From contig NC_043004.1 in the NCBI RefSeq assembly GCF_006345805.1, positions 58,776,001 to 58,840,000 on the forward strand: a stretch of 64,000 bases of DNA, given 5' to 3'. Origin of the DNA: Octopus sinensis (taxonomy: Eukaryota). The notes beneath the pieces were generated by a model. The model was not told the DNA's origin. It saw nothing but the letters and a program-made list of their open reading frames with translations, and did not search any database. Below are positions 49,812 through 62,436 of the stretch, piece after piece; positions within the stretch are counted from its first letter, which is position 1; each line of letters opens with the position of its first letter. The translations under genes and the position numbers were made by a program.

Positions 49812-50083
49812 TTTTATTGTGTCTGAGGAGAGTCATTCTCTTTTAGTGCCTTATTATTTAACATACTCACTGGTTCGATTTCCACTCATTTACTTATTTA
49901 TTATCCAAGTTGCAAAAAGGAACGCATCTCTGAAAATGGACAGAGTCAACAACTATTGAAAAGGTTGCAAGCTGCAACAAAAATTTTAGAAAAAATAAAT
50001 AAGTAGATGAGTGGAAATCGAACCGGTGTGTGTGTTAGATATAAGGCACTAAAAGAGAATGATTCTCCCCTGACAAAATAAAA
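49812..50083. mobile_element. MITE with ~90-bp imperfect TIRs
   Basis: GGAGAGTCATTCTCTTTTAGTGCCTTAT..GGTTCGATTTCCACTCAT versus ATGAGTGGAAATCGAACC..ATAAGGCACTAAAAGAGAATGATTCTCC. Confidence 0.85.
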
Positions 50084-50502
50084 TATGCTTCAACACATGA
50101 ATTCACATAAAGAATCTTGCAAACCAAATCCAAAAACGAAACTAAGAAGTTGTTATCCATAAAGGGGCCAGCCTTTATGCATTTATCTATCTCTCTTTAT
50201 GGACTGAGTAGTAGGTTCATTCCTTCTAAACAATATTGGTTTAGCAAAATCATTAAAAAGGAAAGAAAAAAACCTTGTGGTACTCATTCCAGCTGGTTAT
50301 ATTCAAAATTCCATCAAATTCAAATCCTGTCATTGCATTTCATTCTTTTGCGTTTCATCTTTTTGGGATCAGTAAAATTAAGTACCAGCCGAATACTGGG
50401 TCAACTATATGTGACCCAAGGTTACACATTTTGAGGGTTAATGCAATTGGTAAAAATTCATTAATAATATGATGGTAAGATCCACTATGCCATATTCCCA
50501 CA

Positions 50503-50579
50503 GGCATATGGCGTAGTGGTTAAGAGCGCAGGTTACTAACCACAAGATTCCAAGTTTGATTCCAAGCAGTGACCTGAAC

Positions 50580-50620
<41 letters not shown>

Positions 50621-50808
50621 CAACAACATCGAAAAATACCTTAGGAATGAGAACCAAGGTTCAAAATTTCCCCAAGACACCTGAAGAAAGCTGGAGGGTA
50701 TATCAGCCGAAACATTGTGTTAACAACAAACAAGATGAGGACAAATATCAGTTGAATGTAAATAATGTAAATAAGGCACATAATTCCTCATCTCTTAAAT
50801 ATAGAACT
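50503..50808 (+). mobile_element. tRNA-headed SINE with an internal (AAT)n and a hammerhead-containing 3' half
   Basis: A box TGGCGTAGTGG at 50509-50519, B box GTTTGATTCC at 50554-50563, (AAT)n, hammerhead motif at 50677-50720; second tail copy at 36614. Confidence 0.75.
50677..50720 (+). ncRNA. Minimal type I hammerhead motif (slightly decayed)
   Basis: ACAC-CTGAAGA-AA-GCTG..CAGC-C-GAAA-CA-TT^-GTGT. Stem I ACAC/GTGT, stem II GCTG/CAGC; position 16.2 is A where G is needed. Confidence 0.65.
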
Positions 50809-51136
50809 ATGGTAAGATCAATTGATTAACATATTGACATTTCTGGCAAATAAACTCCATCCATTCACTCCAAGACTTCCTAATTACACAGGAAACTTGT
50901 AAGTAAAAGCATTTTTACCTTTTCCTCTCTGTGTAAGAAGACATTACAATAGAACCGTGTTAACCACTTAAACAGATTTAGCAGAGAAATATAGAAGTAG
51001 TCATAGTAGTAGTGATGGCGGTGATGGTGGTGGTGGTGGTGGCGGTGGTGGTGGTCGTCGTAGTAGTAGTAGTAAGAGTAGTAAAAGCAGCTGCAGCAGC
51101 AGTAGTAGTAGTAGTGGCAGCAGCAGCAGCAGCAGT

Positions 51137-51351
51137 TATCCTTTCTACTATAGGCACAAGAACCTGAAATTTTGGTGGAAGGGGCTAGTCAATTACATTG
51201 ACCCCAATGCTTAACTGGTACTTATTTCATTGACCCAAAAGAATGAAAAGCAAAGCTGACCTTGGCAGAATTTGAACTCAGAAGATGAAATTAGAAAAAT
51301 TGCTTTTAAGCATTTTATCCAGCATGCAAACAATTCTGCCTGCCCAACGCC
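51137..51351 (-). mobile_element. SINE family B2
   Basis: Reverse complement of 16857-17080. Confidence 0.75.
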
Positions 51352-51355
51352 TTAA

Positions 51356-51575
51356 CCCTTTAGCATTTAATCCAGCCATATCTGACCCAAGTATTCTACT
51401 TGTTTTATATTAAAACTGACTAGATCCAACTTCTCACACCTACCCTACAATGTTGTTCTAAATATATACAAACACATTATTGAAATCTTAAAGCTACAAG
51501 ATAATGCATGATCAATTCAAAACAATGTGAAGAAATAAGCATCGCTTCTGACAGAGTAATTTGAATGTTAAAGTA
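51356..51575. mobile_element. piggyBac-type MITE
   Basis: TTAA-CCCTTTAGCATTT; interior homologous to 46049-46269. Confidence 0.7.
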
Positions 51576-51792
51576 TTAGTACTGGTTTCAAAATTTGGCA
51601 CAAGGCCAGCAACTTCAGGGTGGGGGTAAGTTGGTTATATCAACTCCAGTGGTCCACTGGTACTTATTTACTTATTTTATCAACCCCGAAAGGATGAAAG
51701 AAAGTTGACCTCGGTAGAATTCACACTCAGAATGTAAAGTTGGAATAGATACCGTTAAGCATTTTATCTTGTGTGTTAATTATTCTTATGTC

Positions 51793-52203
51793 TTTATTGC
51801 CCACAAGGGGCTAAACATAGAGGGGACAAACAAGGACAGACAAAGAGATTAAGTCGATTACATCGACTCCCTGTGTGTAACAGGTACTTAATTCATCGAC
51901 CCTGAAAGGATGAAAGGCAAAGTCAACCTCGACAGAATTTTAACTCAAAACATAACGGCAGACGAAATACCTATTTCTTTACTACCCATAAGGGGCTAAA
52001 CATAGAGGGGACAAACAAGGACAGACAAACGGATTAAGTTGATTACATTGACCCCAGTGTGTAACTGGTACTTAATTTATCGACCCCGAAAGAATGAAAG
52101 GCAAAGTCGACTTTGGCGGAATTTGAACTCAGAACCTAACGGCAGACGAAATACGGCAACGCATTTCGCCCGGCATGCTAATGGTTCTGCCAGCTCGCTG
52201 CCT
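51793..52203 (-). mobile_element. SINE family B1 with a tandem duplication of its 3' ~180 bp
   Basis: AAGGGGCTAAACATAGAGGGGACAAACAAGGACAGAC occurs at ~51805 and ~51990; junction GACGAAATAC|CTATTTCTTT near 51970. Confidence 0.85.
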
Positions 52204-52884
52204 TAGCAACAACACTGATGACACTGACGCCAATGCTGATGAAGCTAATCATGAGGATCTATGATAAAAAAATGTTCAGGTTTGTCCATTCCATCTTTTT
52301 GCAAGAACTTCTGCAGTCGAGGTGTTCATTTTAAAGATGTTACATTGATTTTAGGGAGATTCAGCTGCTATTTGTAGCAGGTCAAACAACTGTGTAGAGG
52401 TTCTCTCATTGCCATGTTAAAGGAAAGAAATATTTTTTTATTTCGTTGCTGCTGCTATTGTTCTTGTTTAACCCCAGGTAAGCTGACATAGCAGGACTAT
52501 AAACAAGTACATTGAAAACTTGTAGCAGTAACCATCCTATTTATTTTTCCCTAGGACCACATTATCCAAGGTGTCCTTTTTCATTCCTAAGACTATAGTG
52601 TGTGATTTGAGAGAGATTTAGTAACTCTTTCTAGCCAGGTCAAATGGTTGCATAGAATTTCCCCATTAGAGGAATAGCAATTCAATAATGTAATATTAAA
52701 ACCATCATTTAGAGCATCAGTAATGTTAATGAAATGGTCCTGGCTTGGGAAAAAGAAAATTATTAACTCAAATCATAATCTCTAATCCCAAAGAACTAAT
52801 CTGCTGATTAGGCTAACTTTATTCTTTATATTTTCTTTTCCTATCTTCTGTCTTCTTTCATATACCAGCTACAGTGTTTGTTTG

Positions 52885-52927
<43 letters not shown>

Positions 52928-54060
52928 TGCACACACACATCCATATATGTATGTACATCTTTCCTTTTTTTTTTCAATGAGATCAGCAAACATGTTTCTA
53001 AACAGCAGAAATATGCTTCCCAAGATGCTAACTGAATTAATAAGAGGTCAAAATTAAGCTATTTACATTCCAAACTGTCTCAAACAGAGATTTTTGATAC
53101 GAGCTATGCATCATAATTCTGTTGTAATCATCATCAATATCTTCCTTATCACTGTTTTCTCAATATCCATGCTTCCATACTGCCATGGGTATACTATGAT
53201 CTGCCTAATTCCTGCAGAATCCGCTACTTAGTTCTTCAGTAAAGCAAATCAATAATGCATATCAGAACGTCTTGCAGTGGTTTTTCAAGAAATGTTGAAG
53301 TTTTATTGAGACTAGTGTCTTTCTAGCATCAGAAAATTCGGTTTCTTATATGGTTTCGTGTTCTAGAGCAGAGAATTTGGTAATAAATCAATAAATTTTC
53401 TTCTCTTCAAGATGTAGGCATATAGATATTTAACAATAAAAATTTATGAGGTTGATAATGAGTAAGTATCTCTTGCTTCAACTGGATTTACTAAAAGCAA
53501 TTACATAAAATCCACTAAGAAATTTCGATGTATTTGTATCCCTAAGCTTAATCCCTTTTTCTCCCACTGAATTAATCAATGACCTAAGCATTAGATTTAT
53601 TAACTAACAGCGCCACCAATGGCTATCTTTGGATAAAAAGAAATCATATTTTAGTTTTCTATTGAGAAAATAGATTCAAGTCTTGTTTCTGAGGCAAAGG
53701 AAATCATCAAATCATTGACATACTCAAATGATTAAGAAGTTGGCTTTTCAATCACCAGGTCCCGGGTTCATTCCTGCTGCTCAGCACTTTGGGTAAGTGT
53801 CTTTTATCATTGCCTTGGATCAATAAAGCCTTGTGAGGGAAACTGAGCAGACACAAACTACAAAGGAGGATTGTCCAATGGGCAATTATACCTGTAATTC
53901 AATGATGCAATCTTGTCACATACCTACTATGTTATACTGATCCTGCCAGAGGATTATGTTAAAGGTACATGTGGTTATGGAATACTCAACCTCTTATATG
54001 CTAATTCAGTAACCAGGTGATATAGCTGATCAATTGCATTTGATAGGATCAACAAAGAAG

Positions 54061-54577
54061 CCACTCGTATATTGTTGAGCTTCAAAGACATACAGCATCT
54101 CGAAAGAGTCCAGAAACTGGCTACCAGCATGGTTCTTGGTCTCAAGAATTTGTCTTATGAGGAAAGGCTGAAGACGCTCGACCTTTATTCTCTAGAAAAA
54201 CGACGACGCCGTGGAGATCTCATTCTTGCTCACAACATCATAAGCGGAAAATGTAACCTCTCGAAAGAGCTGTTCTTCACTTCTGCTCCAGAGCGTCGGC
54301 TGCGGGGTCATTCCGAAAAGCTCTATCTGCGACGATTTCATCTCAATCGAAGGAGTGGGGCTTTCTCCGTCCGGGTTGCGGATCCATGGAATAAGCTGCC
54401 GGACGAGATGGGGAAGATGCAGACGACCACTTGGTTCAAAGTCTCCCTTGACCTCAAGTGGCCTGAACTCTTTACATGAACACCACCCTGTACATAACTC
54501 CATGTCCCCCTACATGGCCTTGCTTTTTGCTTTTTGAGCCAAAAAATTAACTAACTAACTAACTAACTAACTAACAT
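54061..54577 (+). mobile_element. CR1-clade LINE 3' end with (TAAC)n tail
   Basis: LERVQKLATSMVLGLKNLSYEERLKTLDLYSLEKRRRRGDLI..RGHSEKL..FSVRVADPWNKLP. Confidence 0.9.
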
Positions 54578-54599
54578 TCAAGCTGAGATTATCAGTCAT

Positions 54600-55660
54600 T
54601 ATCATCATCATCATCATCATCATCATTATCATCATCATTTAACGTCCATTGTCCATGCTGGCATGGGTTGGATGATTTTACCAGAGCTGGCAAGCTGGGG
54701 AGCTGCAGCAGACCCCAGTTTATTTAGTATGGTTTTTCTACAGATGGATGCCTTCCTAACACCAACCACTTTATAGAGTGTGCTGGGTGCTCCCAAGTGG
54801 TGCTGCATGGGTGCTTTTATGCAGTGCCATGCAGGTGCTTTTTATGTGGCATGGCATGGGCACTTTTACAGTGGCACTGCACAGGTGCTTTTACATGACA
54901 CCGCATGGACACTTTTACATGGCACTGTATGGATGCTTTTACATGAGACTACCACGTGTGCTTTTCACCACCAGAGGGACCAATCTTAACACTTCTGCTG
55001 TGGAATACAGGTCTTCTGCTTACAAGTCTTAACACTTCTACTGTGGAGCACAGCAAGGTGCCAGGTATCTCAGTCCTTTGTCATCTCACCTGAAAGGTTT
55101 AATGTCCTGAGGTCATTCTTCAGTGCTTCATCCCATGTCTTCCTGGGCCTCCCACTTCCATACTCCATCCACTTTGAGAGAGAGAGAGAGGAGAGAGAGA
55201 GAAAACATCTGCATCACATGACCAAACCAGCGCAGTCTTCTCTCTTGCAAACAGCAACCAATTCCTCTTATGCCTAACTTCTCTCTCAAAGCACTAGCAC
55301 TCTGCCAATGATGTACACTTATATTACACATCCAGGCGAGCTGGCAGAATCGTTAGCATGCTGGGCGAAATGCGTAGCCGTATTTCGTCTGCCGCTACGT
55401 TCTGAGTTCAAATTCCGCCGAGGTCGACTTTGCCTTTCATCCTTTCGGGATCGATAAATTAAGTACCAGTTACGCACTGGGGTCGATATAATCCACTTAA
55501 TCCCTTTGTCTGTCCTTGTTTGTCCCCTCTATGTTTAGCCCCTTGTGGGTAGTAAAGAAATGTATATTACACATCCAGCAGAGCATACTAGCCTCATTCC
55601 TTTCTAATCTTCACATGTCCTCTGCATTTGAGGGCCATGTCTCACTACCATGCAGAAGTG
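54600..55660 (-). mobile_element. Older RTE-family 3' fragment interrupted by a SINE B1
   Basis: LREKLGIRGIGCCLQERRLRWFGHVM; 3' UTR with ~24-bp GTGCTTTTA repeats; (CAT)n tail. Confidence 0.75.
55336..55562 (+). mobile_element. SINE family B1 with a 16-bp TSD
   Basis: TSD TATATTACACATCCAG at 55320-55335 and 55563-55578. Confidence 0.95.
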
Positions 55661-56401
55661 CTGTCTGTGCAATCGTGAATGGACACTATCAAGCTTTGTA
55701 CAAAGTACAATTGAAAATTTTTCCAACAGCAGCAGGAATCCTTCAAGGAGATGCTCTAGCTCCTTTTCTTTCTTTCTTTCTTTCTTTTTTCTAATTGTGG
55801 TGGACTCTGTCCTTAGCTAAAAGTATGAGCCATGCAAGACAAAGGCTTCAACAGGGCATGTACCTCACTGAACTTTGACTGTACTAATTCAAAACAGACG
55901 GTGAAGCCTGGTGCAGGCTCCTGCCTGGCCAGTTCCTGTCAAACTGTCCAACCTATGCCAGCATGGAAAATGGACATTAAATGATGATGATGATGATGAT
56001 GGCACAGTTCACCAAGTGTGATGGACAAGACTTGCTTACATCCCTTGAAATGCTGCTGCTAAAGTCGGTCTATTTTCCAATGCTACTAAAGTAAATAAAT
56101 CTAATGCTTAGGTCATGTGACCACCACTAACGAGAAAAGGCACCTATTGATTTGCATAATGATTGCCCCTGAAGAAGTCGCCATGTTGGCTCATGCCATC
56201 AGCTAATCTTGTTCATGAGTTTCAATGTTAGTTTGATTGCTCTCAGAATGTATCAATGTACCAACTCTATTTCTGAATAACTGTGAGTGTGTACATGTGT
56301 GTATATGTATGTGTGCATGTATGTATGTATGTATGTATGTATGTATGTATGTATGTATATATGTATGTATGTACATATGTGGGTATGTATATATGTTTGT
56401 A

Positions 56402-56442
<41 letters not shown>

Positions 56443-56522
56443 ACATGGAAAGGATGCATGGTGTTCAATCATAAAATAATATAAATAATATATGTGTGTG
56501 TGTGAGTGTGTGTGTGTGAGTG

Positions 56523-57117
56523 TGCATATGTAGGCGCAGGACGTCATGAAACGGGTACAACAAAAAAATACGAATTACGAGTACATGGAATATGAACTAT
56601 TTTTTCAAACAACAAAAGACACGAATGGAAAACAAAACAAGCAACATAAAGAAAGACCCTTCATCAGTTGTTGGCTGTTTTTCTACTCTCGTATTTCAAG
56701 CATTTAACAACAAAATACGCTTTTGATAAAACAGTTACTCCCGCAAAGCAAATTAAATAACATTTGGGATTTTGTGGCGGGTCAAAATTGGTAACTCAAA
56801 CAGGACAGTGAAAACAAAGAGGAAGGGCTGCTAAGCCTAAACGAGGTTGTGGTGATGAACATGTAAGTCAAGCTTGGACAGGAGACAGATGCTTTGTGGG
56901 AGCAACAGTTTTATTGAAAGTGTATATTGCTGTTAAATGCTCAAAAAACAAGAGTAGAAAAACAGCCAACAACTGATGAAGGGTCGTTCTTTATGTTGTT
57001 TGTCTTATTTTCCATTTGTGTCTTTTGTTGTTCGAAAAAGTAGTTCATATTCCATGTACTCGTACTTCATATTTTTTTGTTGTACACATTTCATGACGTC
57101 CTGTGCCCACATATGCA
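56523..57117. mobile_element. Second foldback element (~230-bp imperfect inverted arms, ~130-bp spacer)
   Basis: 56523-56750 is the reverse complement of ~56880-57117. CTGATGA at 56973 (+) and 56661-56667 (-). Confidence 0.85.
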
Positions 57118-57199
57118 TATATATATATACATAAAGATGTATGTACATATATGTATATATGTATATATATATATGTATATATGCATATATATGCATATA

Positions 57200-57604
57200 T
57201 AGGCACAGGAGTGGCTGTGTGGTAAGTAGCTTGCTTACCAACCACATGGTTCCAGGTTCAGTCCCACTGCATGGCATCTTGGGCAAGCGTCTTCTACTAT
57301 AGCCTCGGGCCGACCAAAGCCTTCTGAGTGGATTTGGTAGATGGAAACTGAAAGAAGCCCGTCATATATATGTAAATATATATGTGTGTGTGTTTTTGTG
57401 TGTCTGTGTTTGTCTCCCTAGCATTGCTTGACAACCGATGCTGGTGTGTCTACGTCGCCGTCACTTAGTGGTTCGGCAAAAGAGACCGATAGAATAAGTA
57501 CTAGGCTTACAAAGAATATATCCCGGGGTCGATTTGCTCGACTAAAGGCGGTGCTCCAGCATGGCCACAGTCAAATGACTGAACCAAGTAAAAGAGTAAA
57601 GAGA
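57200..57604 (+). mobile_element. SINE family A
   Basis: Family A. Confidence 0.9.
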
Positions 57605-57617
57605 ATATGCATATATA

Positions 57618-57661
<44 letters not shown>

Positions 57662-57916
57662 CATATCTTCTACGGTATGCCCCCACTCCCTCTCCTCCCC
57701 TAGCTGAAAAGTCTTTGTCTTGCAGATATCAGTGCCAGCATGGAAAACGGACATTAAACAATAATGATGATGATGATGATGATGTATGTCTGTATGTATA
57801 TATGTGTTTATTTGTATGTATGGTTGTATGTATGTTTGCATGTTTGTGTGTGTGTGTCTGTGTGAGCGTGTGTACAGGCATACCTCAACTTACATTGTTT
57901 TGAGTTTTAGACTTTA

Positions 57917-58324
57917 CTAGCAGTATCGCCCGGCGTTGCTCGGGTTTGTAAGGGAAATAACTATATAAGCATTTTTAGAGAGTTATAGCCAAAAAATAGC
58001 AAAAAAATGCATTAAAAATGGAAAACAAATGATGGTAAATTTTTTTTAAAATCGTTGACTCATCGTTGACTCATCGTAGACATTTTTAGAGAGTTACTTC
58101 CCTTATATAATAGCGAAAAATGCATTAAAATGGAAAAAAATTATGGTAAATTTTTTTTTAAATCGTAGACTCATCGTAGACGTGCGCTAATACCCAGAAG
58201 GGCTCGATATGAATCACGACTATAAGATACCCGGTTTTGGTTAAACTGCACCGCAAAATGTGGGAGTAATTAGGAATCTAAATCATAGGAGACAGACACA
58301 CAACTTCTCTTTTATATATAAAGA
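57917..58324 (-). mobile_element. Non-autonomous Helitron with two internal repeats
   Basis: Reverse complement of 4304-4802; TC..CTAG ends; A/T target. Confidence 0.9.
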
Positions 58325-58589
58325 TGTTGTTTTTGTTACAAAATAATGACAAAAAAAATAATAAACCTTTACTTCGGTCTCGGTGAGCATATTTAAAAGC
58401 AGAAAAAATTTTTTAAAACTCTTAAAAACCAATACTGAAATGGAAAATCAAATAAAATATATGTGAAAATATGTACAAACCATTTATCAGAACAGAAATA
58501 AGCCAATAAATTTTTGAAAAATGTTCTTTGCATTTTGTTGTTTTTGAGTTAAATTGTATGTCTTGAAACCAATTACTGGTATAATTTGA

Positions 58590-58938
58590 GGTAAAACTAT
58601 ATACATACATGCATACATACATACATACATACATACATACATACATACATGCATAAACACATACATGCATACATTCATATATATACATACATGCATACAT
58701 ATATGCATACACACACATACATACGTATACATACAATGAATGTATGTACATACATACATATATACATACACACATGCACACATATACACATACATACATA
58801 CACACATACATGCATACATATATGCTCGCATACATACATACATGCATGCATACATACACACACACACACACACATACATGTATACATACATACATACATA
58901 CATACATACATACATGCATACATACATACATACATACA

Positions 58939-58972
<34 letters not shown>

Positions 58973-59070
58973 CAAAAAAAAATCTATTGTTGATGTCGAA
59001 ATTCCAATGGATCTAGGTTAGAAACCGACCATTACTCTATTGGGAAGAAATCTTGAAATAAACTGAATAA
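58590..59070 (+). repeat. (CATA)n expansion followed by an RLE-LINE 3' UTR terminus
   Basis: 58984-59070 GGATCTAGGTTAGAAACC..AGAAATCTTGAAATAAACTGAATAA aligns to 31900-31995. Confidence 0.7.
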
Positions 59071-59899
59071 AGACATACAGACATACATAGATACATACAT
59101 ACATACACACACATATATCTCCCATCTTTTCTTTTGTTGACAACCTGAAACTATAAAGGCTAAATATCAACCGCATAAAAAAAATAATTGGACCTTAAGA
59201 CCCAATTTTCTACAGACATGGGGCTGAAATTTGACGATTCCAAATGTACATTTTTGATAATAAAACTTGGAAAAGAAGTATCCTCCGCTAGAAATCTAAA
59301 AACGAATGGCTGACAAATATAACCTTTGCATTGAGGTAACAATTATAGAGATCTTGGACAAGATGAGAATGTCAGATATGATGGACTCATAAATAAGGAG
59401 AAGACCAGGAATGAATACCTCAGGAGAATAAAAGAGAATATGGTCATCAGTAGTTTCAGCTTACAACAAGCATATTGCTCCCAGCTCTTTTGTGGTGTCT
59501 GTCCACACGCCTACGACTGGCCTTCTGAACTGGTCACTACAACAACTCAGTGAGATAGATGTTTGAACTCACGAGCTACATCAATGCTTTCCATGCAAGG
59601 ATGGTGGCTGTGGTCTCATATCTGTACTGATGTCATATGAAGCACATATTTAGATGCTGAAGTAACATCTGCTGCAGATGGAAAAAGACCAGTGATTTTC
59701 TTGCTCAAGTTTGTGAGCATGAAACCAACAACATAAGTAGGATAGCTAATGAACTTGAGAAGTATGAAATAAGAGCTGATACAGATCTCTCCTCAAGAAG
59801 CATTGGTAAAATCTATTTCTTAGAAGAACAAAGACAAAATTGATTAATTCATTGAAAATATTGTATATAAGAACTTGGCATGAAAAAACATTAACCATA

Positions 59900-60303
59900 C
59901 AGGTGCAGGAGTGGCTGTGTGGTAAATAGCTTGCTTACCAGCCACATGGTCCCGGGTTCAGTCCCACTGCATGGCACCTTGGGCAAGTGTCTTCTACTAT
60001 AGCTTCGGGCCGACCAAAGCCTTGTGAGTGGATTTAGTAGATGGAAACTGGAAGAAGCCTGTCGTATATGTATATATATGTATGTGTGTATATATGTTTC
60101 TGTGTCTGTTTGTCCCAGCCAGCATTACTTGACAACCAATGATGGTATGTTTACGTTCCCGTGACTTAGCAGTACGGTAAAAGAGACTGATAGAATAAGT
60201 ACTAGGCTTACAAAGAATAAGTCTTGAGGTCGATTTGCTCGACTAAGGGCGGTGCTCCAGCATGGCCGCAGTCAAATGTCTGAAACAAGTAAAAGAGTAA
60301 AAG
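59900..60303 (+). mobile_element. SINE family A nested in the RLE LINE
   Basis: Family A. Confidence 0.9.
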
Positions 60304-60732
60304 GGTATAGAAGGGTTTGATCATGTCAAAAACTTGGTATGGAGTACTAACGAGTTAATGACATCCCACTTTGATGGCTACCTCCATGCAATTTAAGAAC
60401 AAGAGATCTTCACCAAGAGTCTACAGTATAAGTGGCTGAAAATGTTGACAGACAACAAATGCAGGTTAAGCAAGACCAACACAGAAGACATCAACCACAT
60501 TATTGCCAACGGTGAATGTCATCCAGATGTTATCTTCCTATGAGGCATGATACGGTGGCCAGAACAGTCTGGAACACAAAAAAGAATAAGGATAACAAAA
60601 AAGAAAACATCTACAGACAAAGAGCACTATATTGAAACCAATGTATGAGAAGAATATTGGTGGAATTGGAACAGCCACCAAGTTACAACAAAACTATTCA
60701 GATATTGTCATGTAGGGCCACAAGGAAAAGAT

Positions 60733-61390
60733 ATGACAGCAGTCACAACAAACATCAGCATCAAGATCGATAATGAAGAGATTGAAGTGGTTGATGATTT
60801 CATCTTCCTTGGCTCCAAAATAAATCAAGATGGTGACTGCACTCCAGAAATAAGACGGTGGATAATTCTAGGCAGAGAGGCAATGGTCATCATGAGCAAG
60901 GTCTGGAAGAGTAGAAGCATCAGCCTCGCTACCAAATGCAGATTGGTGAATGCAATCATCTTCCCAATAGCAACATATGGATGCAAGACCTGGACACTAA
61001 AGAAAGCTGACCAGAAGAGAATTAATGCATTCGAGCTTTGGTGTTGGAGAAGACTTTTACAAATTCCATGGACAGCGAGGCTCACCAATGGAGAAGTTCT
61101 TAAGCAGATCAGGCCGAAACTGTTGCTAGAAGCTAGGATCACCAAGCATAGATTGGCATATTTTGGTCATATTATGTGGAGAAAATCCCTGGAGAAGGAC
61201 ATCATGCTTGGAATGGTCAGTGGCAAAAGAGGAAGAGGACGACCAAGAACCCACTGGCTTGACACCATCAAGAGTGACATGAGAATGGCCATAGCCAATC
61301 TGAAGGAAGCGACCCAGGATAGAACTGGCTGGAGAACACTGATCCATCGAGTAACAGATAGTTGACTTCAACTGAACGGATATTAGATTA
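60733..61390 (+). mobile_element. 5'-truncated RTE-BovB-like LINE nested in the RLE domain
   Basis: Open 210-aa ORF: DFIFLGSKINQDGDC, FPIATYGCKTWT, INAFELWCWRRLLQIPWTAR, YFGHIM, LEKDIMLG..GRPRTHWLDTI. Confidence 0.85.
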
Positions 61391-61742
61391 GATTGCAGAA
61401 ACCAGCTGCCCTTAGGACACCAATGTGGTTAGAAAAATACAAGAGAAAGACGACAACTATGGACCATTGATAAGGAGTTTCCAAATCCAGTACCCAAGAT
61501 ACATTTCCAGCTTCGTACCTATTACTATTGGGGCAACAGGATAGATGTCAAACCGTCTGGGGCAACGTTTGGGTGAACTTTGGGGAGAGAATGCAAATCC
61601 TTAATTCATATGCTACAAATGATTACGATATCTGGGTCTACAAAAATCTTCAAGACCTTCTTAATATTCAAAGGACGATGACTAAAAAGATGCTTTCCTT
61701 CATAACATTGCTACCAAATTAAACAGAGAACATACATACATA

Positions 61743-62146
61743 TACTCTTTTACTTGTTTCAGTCATTTGACTGCGGCCATGCTGGAGCACCACCTTTAGT
61801 CGAGCAAATAGACCCCGGGACTTATTCTTTGTAAGCCCAGTACTTATTCTATCGGTCTCTTTTGCCGAACTGCTAAGTGACGGGGATGTAAACACACCAG
61901 CATCGGTTGTCAAGCAATGCTAGGGGGACAAACACAGACACACAAACACACACACACATACATATATATGTATACATATATACGACAGGCTTCTTTCAGT
62001 TTCTGTCTACCAAATCCACTCACAAGGCATTGGTCGGCCCGAGGCTATAGCAGAAGACACTCGCCCAAGGTGCCACGCAGTGGGACTGAACCCAGAACCA
62101 TGTGGTTGGTTAGCAAGCTACTTACCACACAGCCACTCCTGCGCCT
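61743..62146 (-). mobile_element. SINE family A
   Basis: Reverse complement of family A. Confidence 0.9.
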
Positions 62147-62436
62147 GTATATATATATACACACACACACATTTATATATATATATATATATGTGTGTGT
62201 GGCTCTTTCTAGCAAACACTTTGAGACCAATCCTGCCATAGAAGATACCTTAATGGCTTCAACAACGTTGGGTTTTGGTAAATAAAGATAAAACTGTTCG
62301 AGTTACTTCCCTTTTTTTCTTGTTGATGCTCTTCAACAGTGTACGGACGGCTTCATTGTATTGGTCTGAGGCAATAAATGAAAATAAATAAACTATCAAC
62401 TTAAATTATATGTAGGCATGCTATCTTCCCATTATT

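Larger units (their letters stand above)
59120..61680 (+). mobile_element. Decayed RLE-type (R4/Dong-like) LINE with nested SINE A and BovB-like RTE insertions
   Basis: HLSFVDNLKL (RT core remnant), YRDLGQDEN, AYNKHIA, DGGCGLISV, SHFDGYLHAI*EQEIFTK, CRL..EDINHII, EYWWN, DIVM..|..IAETSCP, FVPITIGATG, LQMITISGSTKIFKTF. Confidence 0.75.

Noticed and set aside
51005-51136. (GGT)/(AGT)/(AGC) mosaic as a coding poly-Gly/Ser/Ala exon
   Set aside because: It is contiguous with a SINE tail, with no splice signals or flanking coding sequence.
56166-56195. CCCTGAAGAAGTCGCC as a hammerhead 5' half
   Set aside because: No downstream GAAA or stem III.
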